This document shows, one piece after another, positions 36,101-47,000 of a stretch of DNA of 64,000 nt; position 1 is the first letter of the stretch, and each line of letters begins with the position of its first letter. The stretch comes from Phoronis australis (Eukaryota; Animalia; Phoronida). A model generated the notes under the pieces. It did not search any database. It had not been told where the DNA came from and worked only from the letters and a program-made list of their open reading frames with translations. The translations under genes and the position numbers were made by a program. The stretch covers positions 318,054 to 382,053 of the forward strand of contig NMRA01000015.1 of NCBI GenBank assembly GCA_002633005.1, written 5' to 3'.

Positions 36101-37744
36101 CCGTGAGTTGTGCGATTTGTTCAAAATACGAGAGCTTCCCATCTTAATAGAATTTGGAGGGTTGGCAAAACCATGGTCACATTTCTCTGTCCTGATTTTT
36201 TCGAATATATGTTTCATCTTGTGCACTACAGATAGAAACTCAGCGCGGCAGACAAAGTCGCTGAAAGCGGAGGTTTTGACGCCGGCGGCGTTCTTAAACT
36301 TTGCAAACATGGGAAGAAAATAAAGTGACAAAAACGTTCAAGTATTATATTTTGAAGTGAGTCCATGACCCAAGACAATAACTCGTTACTTGAATTGTAA
36401 TTCACATTGCTAAACCACTGTCTCGGAAGCCCGGCGTCGTTGCGCTCTTTGTGATCATCGATCTTTTTCTAAAAGTCGGGAAATCGCACGTTTCCTTAGC
36501 ACTGGGCGCTAAATCTTCATTCTTTAAAAGTCGGGGATGGGCGCTTAACCGAGAGGTGGGCGCTTAACTGGAAATCTTCAAAAATCACAGGGGGGCGCTT
36601 AGCGGTGCAGTGGGCGGTTAAATCGAAAATCCACCTAAAGTAGGGGGTGGGCGGTTAACTGAGCATGGGCGTTTACCCGAACGTTTACGGTATATTGAAA
36701 AAGGTCGTTACATTACTTGACGGCATTTCCAATTCACGATTGTCAGCTGACTGAGACATTGCGCGCTAATAGCGGGACCAAACAGTGCTGCAGTGCTATA
36801 TTGCAAGTGATATAAATAGCATAATCTGGACATCTTGCATGAAAAAATAAATGTTTTTCCACCACGAAGTTTGGTAAGGTGGTCGTTTAAGAATGAATTG
36901 AAACATCGCTGTTTTGTGGCGTTTTATCACATATTTATGTCTTGGCTTGAAATTTTATTCTTGATTGACGAGTGGCTCACAGCCGCTTAACCCCGATTCT
37001 TGTCTTAGGCCTAGCTCTTTGCCGAGCATGTTTGGCGCAAGGGCAAGTGAGCAGTGCCGGGCGGTCGAGATAAAACAGCTAGCCGCAGAACTATACGCTG
37101 AAAATGCCATTGAGTCACGGCATTTCGCCTATAAACATCCTAAACACAAAAAACATCTGCATTAAGTTTTTCAAACTTTTCTTGCAACTAATTTTAAAAC
37201 TGCTCTCAGACTATGAACTTGCCAGCTCAGTACGAGAATGTAACCATAAATTTGATGTCTGCTGTGACCTCTGCAACACGTGAAGCTTGCACGCGCGCAC
37301 TTTAACAAGGTCACATCTTGAAATAGGTGCAATCCAAGTAGAGGCTGCGTGGTCACTGGTCGTCTGCTCTCTTGAGGGCAAAGTAACAAGACCGCAGGAT
37401 GCCACGGAGCTATTACTCAGCAATTCTGTAAATTTAATAGTGAATAACTAATCTGAGGGCAAGAGAATCTTTGTTGGGATCATCTGCTGTCATGACATTT
37501 TTCCTGTCATGTGGCGACGTGACAATGATAACGCTCTTTGAAAAGTGCTACGCGTTCCGAGTACGAGGTAAGATTAACCGCCCAGGGCGGTTGCCTGTCA
37601 CAATAAGCGCCCATGTTCGGTTAACCGCCCACCCTGGATTTCTTGAAATTTCACATTTAAGCGCCCATGTCTGGTTAACCGCCCACCCCCAATTTTTTGG
37701 GTTTGCCAATTTAACCGCCCAGGGCGTTAAACGAACGTTTATGG
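33185..37744 (-). mobile_element. T1 outer copy in opposite orientation, interrupted by the inner copy
   Basis: 36693-37744 is the reverse complement of about 34238-35295, and 33185-34235 is the reverse complement of about 35355-36392; terminus ...GAACGTTTATGG|TA. Confidence 0.7.
34238..36690 (+). mobile_element. Tc1/mariner (Tc2-like, CCGTA ends) non-autonomous element T1, complete inner copy
   Basis: TA|CCGTAAACGTTCGGGTTAACGCCC ... GGGCGTTTACCCGAACGTTTACGG|TA; subterminal GGGCGGTTAA/GGGCGCTTAA repeats. Confidence 0.75.
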
Positions 37745-38929
37745 TAAATACAATTTTAAAATCAAAACTCACATCCATACAGTTCATCAGTTATCCATGT
37801 TGAGTCTAGCTTACGCTGTACCAATACCGTTTGAATACGTTGGTTCAAATGAGAGCTTGGGTCACTTCCCAGGCATGTAACCTTGACAACCACATGCTTT
37901 CCTTGATAACAGGCCCAGCAGTTCAACATGTAGCTACTACCTTAATTAAAATAAACAATCGATAACCCTAGAGGCATTAAACATTAATGTAAGGGTCCAC
38001 AAGTGAAATTTAATTTTCTTATTTTTTCATAAATAATGTGCAGTACCTGAAGAATCCCGAGTCAAATCCAAGTTCGCACCATAGCTACTGACAGACAATA
38101 TTTTGAAAAAGTATGAGTCCTCACAACCATGCTAAATGCTCTTGAAAAATCAAAATGAGTAATGTTTGGCAATTATTTTTGCCCAAAATAGGCAAAATTT
38201 TACTATAGCTACAGTAGCTGCTACCACCTGATTATGGGATAATTTCAAATGTTGGTAAAGTACAAATTGCTCTAAAGGCTAATACTTACACATTTGGAAA
38301 AATTAGATCATATAATTGTGTATGGTTTGTATTGATATTTATTGTTTTTTTAAACAACATACAGGTAACACTGCCTTTGTTGTTTTAAACCAATTGCACT
38401 TAATTTTTTGCCGTACTAACTTTGACAGCAGTATGAAAGTTGAATAAAAAACAGTACATGATGCATATATTCTCTAAGTGTTTTAGGCCATATTTAGGCA
38501 TCTTTGAGCATTTGTTGTTTTTAACAATGAAACTTACCCAACAGTAGGTAAACCATAGGTCATATTTAGGTAAGTTATCTAACATAGGTAATGTACTGCC
38601 TTGATTAGGGTCTTGGATTTGAGGTTTCTTTGAAATTTAGAAAATAAAAAAACAATCTCACCACTTCTAACTTTGTCACAATCTTAATGCTAACACTATA
38701 ACCATTGAAGTTTTCTGCAACTTTCAAAGTTTCTGTATATTTGCTACAAAAAACTCTTTTATCTAATATGTTTATTAAGAACACCTTTTCATCAATAAGT
38801 TTCCTACAAACACCTTTACACCAATAAAGTTTCTTGCAACTTTCCTGCAAACATCAATTAAGTTTCCTGCAACATTCCTGCAAACGCTTTTTCATCGATT
38901 AAGTTTGCAGCAGCCTTTCCGCAAACTTT

Positions 38930-39097
38930 TTTATATATATATATTTATTGCCCAGACAACAACACGAATCCAGTCTGAGGTTGGGTGCCTCAGTTCTGGC
39001 TTTAACAAAAGTATATAATATTAACTAATACAAATGTAAGGCAATGAAATGCAGCTGAAAAGGTGAAAGGGGAGCGGGGGGAAGGACTTTCAAGCAC

Positions 39098-39138
<41 letters not shown>

Positions 39139-39985
39139 GCTGTGTTGAAATGATGTCTGAAGAAATTAGGTTCTATATAGATACGTACAAACATAAATAC
39201 ATATGAAAATTAATTAAAAGCATGCGTGCAGACCTCTCCAAGTATCCACAGTGTCTGAGGTATCTTTTAAAATTGTGTTTATAAAAGTTTGTAATTTCAA
39301 CTTGAAATCATTAAAAAGGAGAGGCTTTTCTACCTTTGATGACTGATAAATGAAGTAAAGTGCAAGTGTATTAATGGTATTGCAAATTAATTTGTGGTTT
39401 GTCTTATGGTTTTGAACAAAATCTAATATGTCCCACATTGGGTATTTAGGGCTTTATTTAAGAGTGTATGCACTGATTCCCAGAAAGTCCTGACATGTGC
39501 AATAATAAAACATATGAAATAGAGTCTGTAACTCATCACAATAGGGACTCTTATCAGTATGAACCACCCCTATTTTGTATTATGTGATATTTGTAAATAT
39601 TTTATGGGTAAAGAGGTACCTGAAGTTTTTCAATTCAGGATTTATGGGGAAGCTAAAGGGTAAAAAATAAATTTCTCTAATTTCTTTTTCATTATAATAA
39701 TTACTTATCGCACATAAGTGTCGGGTTTTTGTGCAAAAGTATGTATAGTACAATTTTTAAACCAATCTTTACTATCAACAACATTGTATTGCTATATACA
39801 AAGATTCTTGAGAGTGTATTTATTTTTGTTAAAATCCTAACTAAGAATTTTATTTTCATTATCTAGAAAATCTTTGGAAAATAACAGTCCCGCTTCAAAC
39901 ATTTCCCGACAAAATACGGATTTGTATGTAAAATGTTTTGATTATTCCACAACACTTCTTTGGAATATTCTTAATGTCATGCCGA
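38930..39985 (-). mobile_element. L1/Tx1-type LINE 3' end (ORF2 C-terminus, 3' UTR, (TA)n/A tail)
   Basis: Decayed peptides LWNNQNI and SPYCDELQTLFHMFYYC (CCHC-like), plus the ORF at 39214-39438 (INTLALYFIY...F..FKLKL); AATAAA and tail near 38930-38950. Confidence 0.7.
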
Positions 39986-39993
39986 TTATGGCA

Positions 39994-41324
39994 TGTAATG
40001 TTGTAATAAAAGCACAATGATTGACTGACAAGGGCATACGATGTATATTATTGAACTTCCGGCAAGGGGTATGTCAAAAGTTGGATCGGGCAGTAAACCG
40101 TGAGCAGCTATAAAATGTGGAGCGATATCATCACATCCCCCTTTTACCAAGAAAGGAAATCCTAAGACAATTACTATCAAATAAGAAAAATGCGATGTAT
40201 AAAACACTAGGCTAGTTCAGGTGGACTACTGAACAGCCACAGCATGGTAGGGGGGTTATTCTGCTCCGAGGTATATACGTGCTGTATGTAAGCTATCTAA
40301 AGTAAGTACTTAAGATCTAAGTGTGAATAAATGCTCATAACACTACAAGTCCATCTTTGGTGGTCGTTTCACAATCCTGCCACTACGAGTAAAACCAGGT
40401 GTTGCGAGTAAGTGGGCAAGGTTGGGGTTTCGCGTACAGGTGGTTCTGCAAATGTCACGTGTTTGGTCTGAGCAGCCTTCGAAACATCTGGAGCCGTTGA
40501 TACACTTGGTGTTATGGGGATGTCTCGTATGTGCTTACGGTTTCTTCGGAACACGTGTCCATTTACATTTCTTAGCAGAAGGGAACGAGGACCATCTGCC
40601 TGGGATACTACGATAGCTGGATCCCAGCTTCCAGACACGGGGTTTTGTACTCTAACTTTCTGACCAGGGTACAGAGGTGGTAATTCCTCTTTGAGTGAGT
40701 GTCGGTCAAAATATTTCTTCTGGTTCTCTTGTCGTTGCTGGAGAGCATCATACACTTGGTCCTTGTTTTGGTGCTCATTTGCGATTTTCGTAGCAAGCGG
40801 AGTCTGGATTCGTCTACCCATTAGTAGCTGTGCTGGACTTGGCAAGTCATTTGAGATTGGAGTGCAACGCCAGTGCAACAATGCGATTTCAGGTGTGGTG
40901 CCAGACTGCTTGGCCATCTTGAGGATAGTCTTTACAGTCTTCACCTGGCGCTTTACGAAACCATTTCCCTGTGGTCTCCGAGGTGAGGTTGTCTCATGGT
41001 TGAATCCCCACTCCATAGCAAATTCACGATAGGCAGCGCTGGAGAAGTGTGGCCCATTGTCACTAACAACTTTGGACTGTATACCGAGCTCCGCGAAGAC
41101 TTGGCTTGTGATGTTTACAACAACGCTGCTTGGTGAAGGAGTAGGTAGCTGTCGTACTACAGGATACTTAGAGTAGTAGTCGACTATGATCAGCCACTCA
41201 GGACTCGTGGAGCTCAAACAGGTCCATCGGTACCTACAACATCCCATGGCTTTGTTGGAATGTCATGTTGCAGTAGTGGCTCCGACATCTGGGATGGTTG
41301 ATTGTGCTGGCATATGCTGCACGA
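39994..41324 (-). mobile_element. Ty3/Gypsy LTR retrotransposon 3' fragment: integrase, PPT and 3' LTR
   Basis: Integrase ORF at 40369-41247 (IVDYYSKY, VSDNGPHF, TSPRRPQGNGFV, SPAQLLMGR, FRRNRKH); PPT AAAAGGGGGA then a TG...CA LTR at 40135-39994. Confidence 0.85.
40369..41247 (-). pseudogene. Gypsy integrase core (rve) remnant
   Basis: D-D motifs are present; the expected catalytic E appears as K (NGFVKRQVKT); the N-terminus is frameshifted or truncated. Confidence 0.85.
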
Positions 41325-41530
41325 CTTGGTGAACCATTTAAAAGTTGTAAACGTTTTGTTACTGAATTTATACCCCGGACATTTAGCGATATGAATTTGA
41401 TGCTAACCATCACAATATTGCACAGAGGTATGGACGCATGCCTGGAATATAGAAGCAAAGTGATGTTCTAAGTAACTAATAACAAGTAAATGCAGGAGTA
41501 TGTGAACGCGTCTGTAACATAAAAATCCAC

Positions 41531-41574
<44 letters not shown>

Positions 41575-42497
41575 ACAGAAGGGGAAGGGAGTCACAAAGA
41601 CATAATGCATACATAACGAAATGTCATTTCTCACCAGCCAATAGTCATTACGCATGAGGTTCTGAATACAAGTGTACAACTTCAATGTCTGTTTTCAGCT
41701 TCATCTTGAAATTACACATCATCACTGTCTGTTACCAGTTTAACTGTTAATTGTCGTTTAGCAGGGCAAAGATTCTCCCGTCTTTTGACCACGTACTTTT
41801 AACATTTGTTTTCTTGAACGTTGAACTCAATGAGACGATAATTTTCTACTGTGAGATCTTCGCTGAGATACAAAAAACTGAGTGTTCTTAAGCTTTTTCT
41901 TCTGCAAAAATACAGCATGGCGATAGCAGTAACTAACAAATTCACTATAGTAGGACGAGGTTTTTGTTACCGGTTCATAGAAGCGTTAGTGCTTGTACTT
42001 CTGAGTGATCTTGCACTGTCATTCGTGGGCCTACCCACTCTGTGGGCTCTGTCTATATTATCGAGGTCAATGTTTACATTCAATTTTTTTTGGAAAAAAC
42101 TTCTGAACGATCATATCGCAATTTTCATTTGTTCTCTCTTCTACGCCGTAAATATGGATTGAATTCCTTCGTGAGTATTGTTCTAAATCATTTATCTTAG
42201 ATTTTAAATCCACGATTTTTAGCTTTCACCGACTCCAGTTTTTGTTTTTCATTTGTTGCAATTCTTCTCTAATATCACTCCTGAGAGACATTATAATCAT
42301 ATTCTCCATAGCTTTCAATTTCTGTTCAAGGTCATCCATTCTTACTTCAGTTCGAAAACCCTTGTCAAAGACAGAGTTGTAAGTAATGACTGGCAGGATG
42401 ACGAGGGGCTTCAACCAGTCATAGGTGGGATTATGAAAGGAACCACGACGTTGCAAAATGATAGGGCTCACCCTAGTTATGATGATACTGATAATGA
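41325..42497 (-). mobile_element. L1/Tx1-type LINE 5' part (ORF1 remnant and start of the APE endonuclease)
   Basis: Coiled-coil MDDLEQKLKAMEN, IDRAHRVGRP, KPRPTIV and SEDLT are L1-ORF1 motifs; MVSIKFISLNVRGINSVTKR is the APE N-terminus. Confidence 0.75.
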
Positions 42498-42757
42498 CCA
42501 AACACTTTTTGAATCACCAAGTTTGCCGCAACTTTCCTGCAAACTTCAGTGTTTGCAGCAAGGTTGCGGCAGAGATGCAGATAGCAGCAAACTCCTGCAA
42601 ACAATTGCGGCTGGTTTGCTGCAAACAAAATTGTTTGCTGCAATCATGGTCTTTTGGTATGGGAGCTTAAATTACATCTGTTTTTTGGTATTAGTACTTA
42701 CCATGTTAGAACTCCGCTGCTAACAATAACATGGAACCATCAGCAACCATGCTAAGG

Positions 42758-42965
42758 AATTGACCTATCGCAAGCTTCGTCCCTTGAGAAAAGTCGACAA
42801 ACAATAAGTTTTACCTGATAACGCATTGTTATGAGGGTTATCTCCCCTGGTCACGTAGGGCTGTTATGAGTGTTATCTCCCCTGGTATTGTTTGTAAAAT
42901 GAAGAGATGGTGCGTTCTGATTGGTCTGTTAAGCCATCGCTCATAATCCTCGCAATAGGTCAATT
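42758..42965. mobile_element. MITE
   Basis: TIR AATTGACCTATCGCAAG / CTCGCAATAGGTCAATT; internal direct repeat GTTATGAG.GTTATCTCCCCTGGT x2. Confidence 0.6.
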
Positions 42966-43592
42966 GTAAAATGACAAGGCATCCACCTCAAAATCCAACT
43001 GCTTCCTGGTGGTTTGGTATTCGACCCTGTTGCACACCCAGCAGAACTGATGAGCAACATATGTTGTTGAGACATTAAGCAAGCATTTTAGGTTGTAAAT
43101 GTCACATTTCTTGTCCAATTTTCAAAATTCAAAAACCGTATCACATGTGCTTTTCACAAACAACTCGAAACTTTCAAAATGAAAATTTAAAAATACTATT
43201 GTATCCCCCCAGTGTGTTAATGACGAGTCTGTTATCTGGAGAACAGTAGCATGAGCAGCCTCAGGCGATATAGGGCATGAGCTGTCTTACAACATCTCTT
43301 GTGGCACTTTTTATTCATCTTACCAGAGATTACCTATTATACGTTATTTACCTGTATTCATTATATTGTAATTGTATTAGTCATAATAAATGATCTTATA
43401 TTGCCTACCTCGGTCTCCTTTTCATCTCTGGTAATGAGCTTGCGACGCACGTATCATTTAACTTTATTCGGGACATATGTCGATCATAAAATTAACTAAA
43501 TGCATAGTAGCATAATGTAGTTGGCATTTCTCTCGTAGTTTCTTCTGTTGTAGACTGATTTTTGTTGTTTAAACAATGGAAATGTTCAATTA

Positions 43593-43911
43593 CTGTGGTG
43601 GATCTAGGATACCATAAGGGGGAGCCAACATCTTCGGGGAAGTGGGCAAAGCGTGATTGTATGTGCACACGGCAGGCGGCCCTTAAAGTTGTGGGGGCGG
43701 AGGATGTAGACCAGAAAATCTATCAGTGGACTAAAAAAAACGGGAACGTGTTTCCGCGATTGAGCCCCCCCTTTCGTCCGCTGCCGGTCCTAGCTCCTGA
43801 ACTCAACAATATTTCGATCCTCATGCTTCACGCTGTTGCTGTTTCATTTTGCTTGCGACAGCCAGGGGGGAGGGCCGGGCCCCCTGGGCCCCCCTCCTAA
43901 ATCCGCCTATG
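43593..43911. mobile_element. GC-rich-ended MITE
   Basis: Ends GTGGTGGATCTAGGA / TCCTAAATCCGCCTATG with G- and C-run subterminal motifs. Confidence 0.5.
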
Positions 43912-43959
43912 AATTTGTTGCTAATGGAAATGAGAATCTTATCACTGTACCAGACTGAT

Positions 43960-44092
43960 TTTATGAGAGTGGAACGCCCTATTCTATTTTATGAGAGTGG
44001 AACACCCTATTTAATCTGATGAGTGGAACGCCCTATTCAATGTTATGAGAGTGGAAGGCCCTATTCAATGTTATGAGAGTGGAATGCCCTAC
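43960..44092. repeat. Minisatellite, about 28-bp unit TTATGAGAGTGGAACGCCCTATTCAATG x5
   Basis: Direct inspection. Confidence 0.9.
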
Positions 44093-47000
44093 TGCATTTA
44101 GGTTAAATGCCATACACGATGTACTTCCAACACCAGCAATCCTTGGTCATGGCCAGGAAGTGGGCCTGCAAAAAGTTTTCTGAATTTTGGCTCTGTTCTG
44201 TTATTGTCGAAGTACTTACCGTATGTTGACTTCAATCTGATTGCTCTTCCAGTTATAGGCTTTGGAGAATTTTGAGCTACTTCATCAATAGCATCAATTT
44301 TGACTTGTTTGATGTCTTTATGTATTCCTGTACTTCAGAGATTTCACCCAATTTTATTGACACTGTCAAGACATAGAAAAGTATGAAATCTAGAGAATTA
44401 GGTACTCCCTGAGTTGCTGGGATTTTTTGAAACCCTTATACATTCAGTAAAAATTCAAGCAGTGCTGCAGTGTGTGAATGTGTTTTTGTTTGTTTTCATT
44501 TCTACTGTATTCCATTGTTAATTTCAGTTTCTGCAAATAAACTTATTAAAAATGGAAAAAAAAATAAAAAAGAAACAATGGTTCCAACAATAGTCTTAAA
44601 ACGTATTATTATTATATTTAAAAATTTACAGTGACACTCAACTAAAAGTTATCAGTGACACTTTACAAAACATTAGACAAGAATGTTACTTCAGAATTAT
44701 CTGAACACAAGCACTGAGATATGCCGCTCACCAGGCTGTATTCCTCAGGCTGACCTATAGTTACACAGATTGCCACAAGGGGGTACGTATGCTGCGAGAA
44801 CTTGCCTGCGTGGTAATGGGAGACCGAATCGCTGGCACCGAGTCCCATGACATATGACAATGATACAGTCACTCTGCAGAATGTTTCCCAAGGATGACTC
44901 CCAGTTAAATGCGCTGTTATAATGGATTGTGCTTCTTGTAGATAGCTGGTTGTCTCTTGGAAACCGAAATTGACGATCATAGAAAATGTGCTAACAGTAT
45001 AGTTACTTGTTTTCAGCTTTATTGGAGCATGTTCAAGAACAGGGATAGAAAACTAAGAAGATACTTTAGGTACATTTCTGGAAGGATGGAGAAGCCATCC
45101 ACCAACATCATGTGTCACGCCTTCTGTTTACGGAGATGGAGGCTTGGAATTGATACCTACAGCCAGGTTCTTGACTCATATGCACCCCCTAGTGGCAGTC
45201 TGCGTATCTAGGTCATTCTGATGAAGTAAGTCGTCCATGAAGGGCGAGTCTCAACGGTGAACAACTATGCGAATATGCTTGCTTGTGTTCAGATGATTTC
45301 ATAACGGATATTTACCAGGTTTATGAACAGTTTGGACAAGACAAGAATGAATTTGAAAGTAAAAGTGTGCCTATGTTTAGCAAGCAAACATCTTAATTTT
45401 ATAAAACTCCCCAAAATGCTATACCTATAGTTCAATAGAAATTGGTTTCATAATCGTAATGTTGACAAAAATTTTTTGTTTACTTCATCAGGGTAGTGGT
45501 TGTACATATTTACATTGTATCTTAAGTCAGATCTGTCCAAGAAAACCATAACTTGTCACCAAATCATGAAATACCGGTAATGTAAAACTAACAAGACCAG
45601 GTCACATACTACCTCAAGTCACAAAATATTGCATGCATTTATGGACCAGTAGTCCTTGTCGGCAACGCTAACTTTGCATATAAAAACATCCCTACTCGAG
45701 ACAATGCTGGAGTAGTTCATCATTGGTATTATAATTGGACGATTTAATAATTTTTGAATATCGTTGTCATTCTAAATTTTTGATTTTCAGGCAGTGGAAA
45801 ACATGCTCTATTGCATCATAGCCCAAGATGCCATGCACTAGGCGGGGTAACTAGTTGTTAATAAATAGAGGTCAAAATGCGTTCAAAGACAGTTGACCAC
45901 TATATTTCTGCACTTCTAACAGTGAACCGTGGAATCATGGCTTGGCTCACAGCAACCAAAAGGACCAACTAAGAAGCTCGCAATTGCAGACCTCGGTCAA
46001 GACATAGCATTGTACTGAGGTCAAAGCAATTGCATCAAACTGTTCTATTTATAAATTACAAACATTTATGGTCTAAAATGTTGAACTTGCTTGATCTCTC
46101 ATATTTTAAAGAAATTGCTTTATTTCCTGCTATGGCGCATTCTCTTCTGCCACACACATTTTCCATTTTAATGTTACTATAGGTCATGGTATTCATCCAG
46201 TTTTGTCAAGTAGACAATTCTCAGTTGGACCAAACTGACTTTGACCATTTCTAGTGTCCTAGTAGTTCCTCGTATTTCATTAAAAGTGATCAGTTGCCAG
46301 AAACACGAAACCATAACTGCATGTCATGCTCAACTAAATGCAGACTTGTTTTGCTACTGAATTCACAAGAGGCAAACAGTGATATAAACATTTATTTCTT
46401 AGTACACAATAAAATAATAATTAAAGTTGTGGTACAACACAGGATTACTAATGAAACAGTAACCTCTTTTACAATTTCAACAACAGAAAAAGTGGTAAAA
46501 GTTTCTGGTCGTATTGCGATACCATTTCACCGGGTCCACCTGAACTAGATGGGAGAAAAATTGAAAAAATTGCACTAATACCTCACAATATTTTTTTAAA
46601 AATTGTGCAAAAATAACTTGGTTAGACCTTACAAATTATGAAGTGAAATCAAATTTCCACTCACAGTGAACAGTTGATTTCAGGATAAAATTTTACTATA
46701 TAAAATTTGATGAAAGCACAAATCATTTTTAGAAGGTGAATTTTTTACTGTTTCACAGCAGCTTGCTCAGTAATAAAATGCTTGAGCTACAATTTAATTA
46801 AGTTTTTTAATGCAAAAACAGCACTCATGTGCACTTTTAAGCTACGGTAAGGGCTCACTATCTATGCAACTGAATTTGAGAACCCCTTGTGCCTGTTGAT
46901 TTTCAATACAATGAAATGCACAAGTCACCATTGAAATTCTTTCTTTTGAATCCGCTAACAAAAACAAAAAGCCATTTAATGGCTATTTTCAACAATGTTC

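Larger units (their letters stand above)
30396..42663 (-). mobile_element. E1 copy B, split into about 30396-31420, 37748-38930 and 42498-42663 by nested insertions
   Basis: Each piece is the reverse complement of successive parts of 19119-21592; ends ...CATGGTCTTTTGGTATGGG. Confidence 0.7.

Noticed and set aside
45215-45275. Possible hammerhead ribozyme (CTGATGA followed by a hairpin)
   Set aside because: There is no correctly placed GAAA, stems I and III cannot be built, and the homologous inverted arm reads CTGAGGA without the stem.
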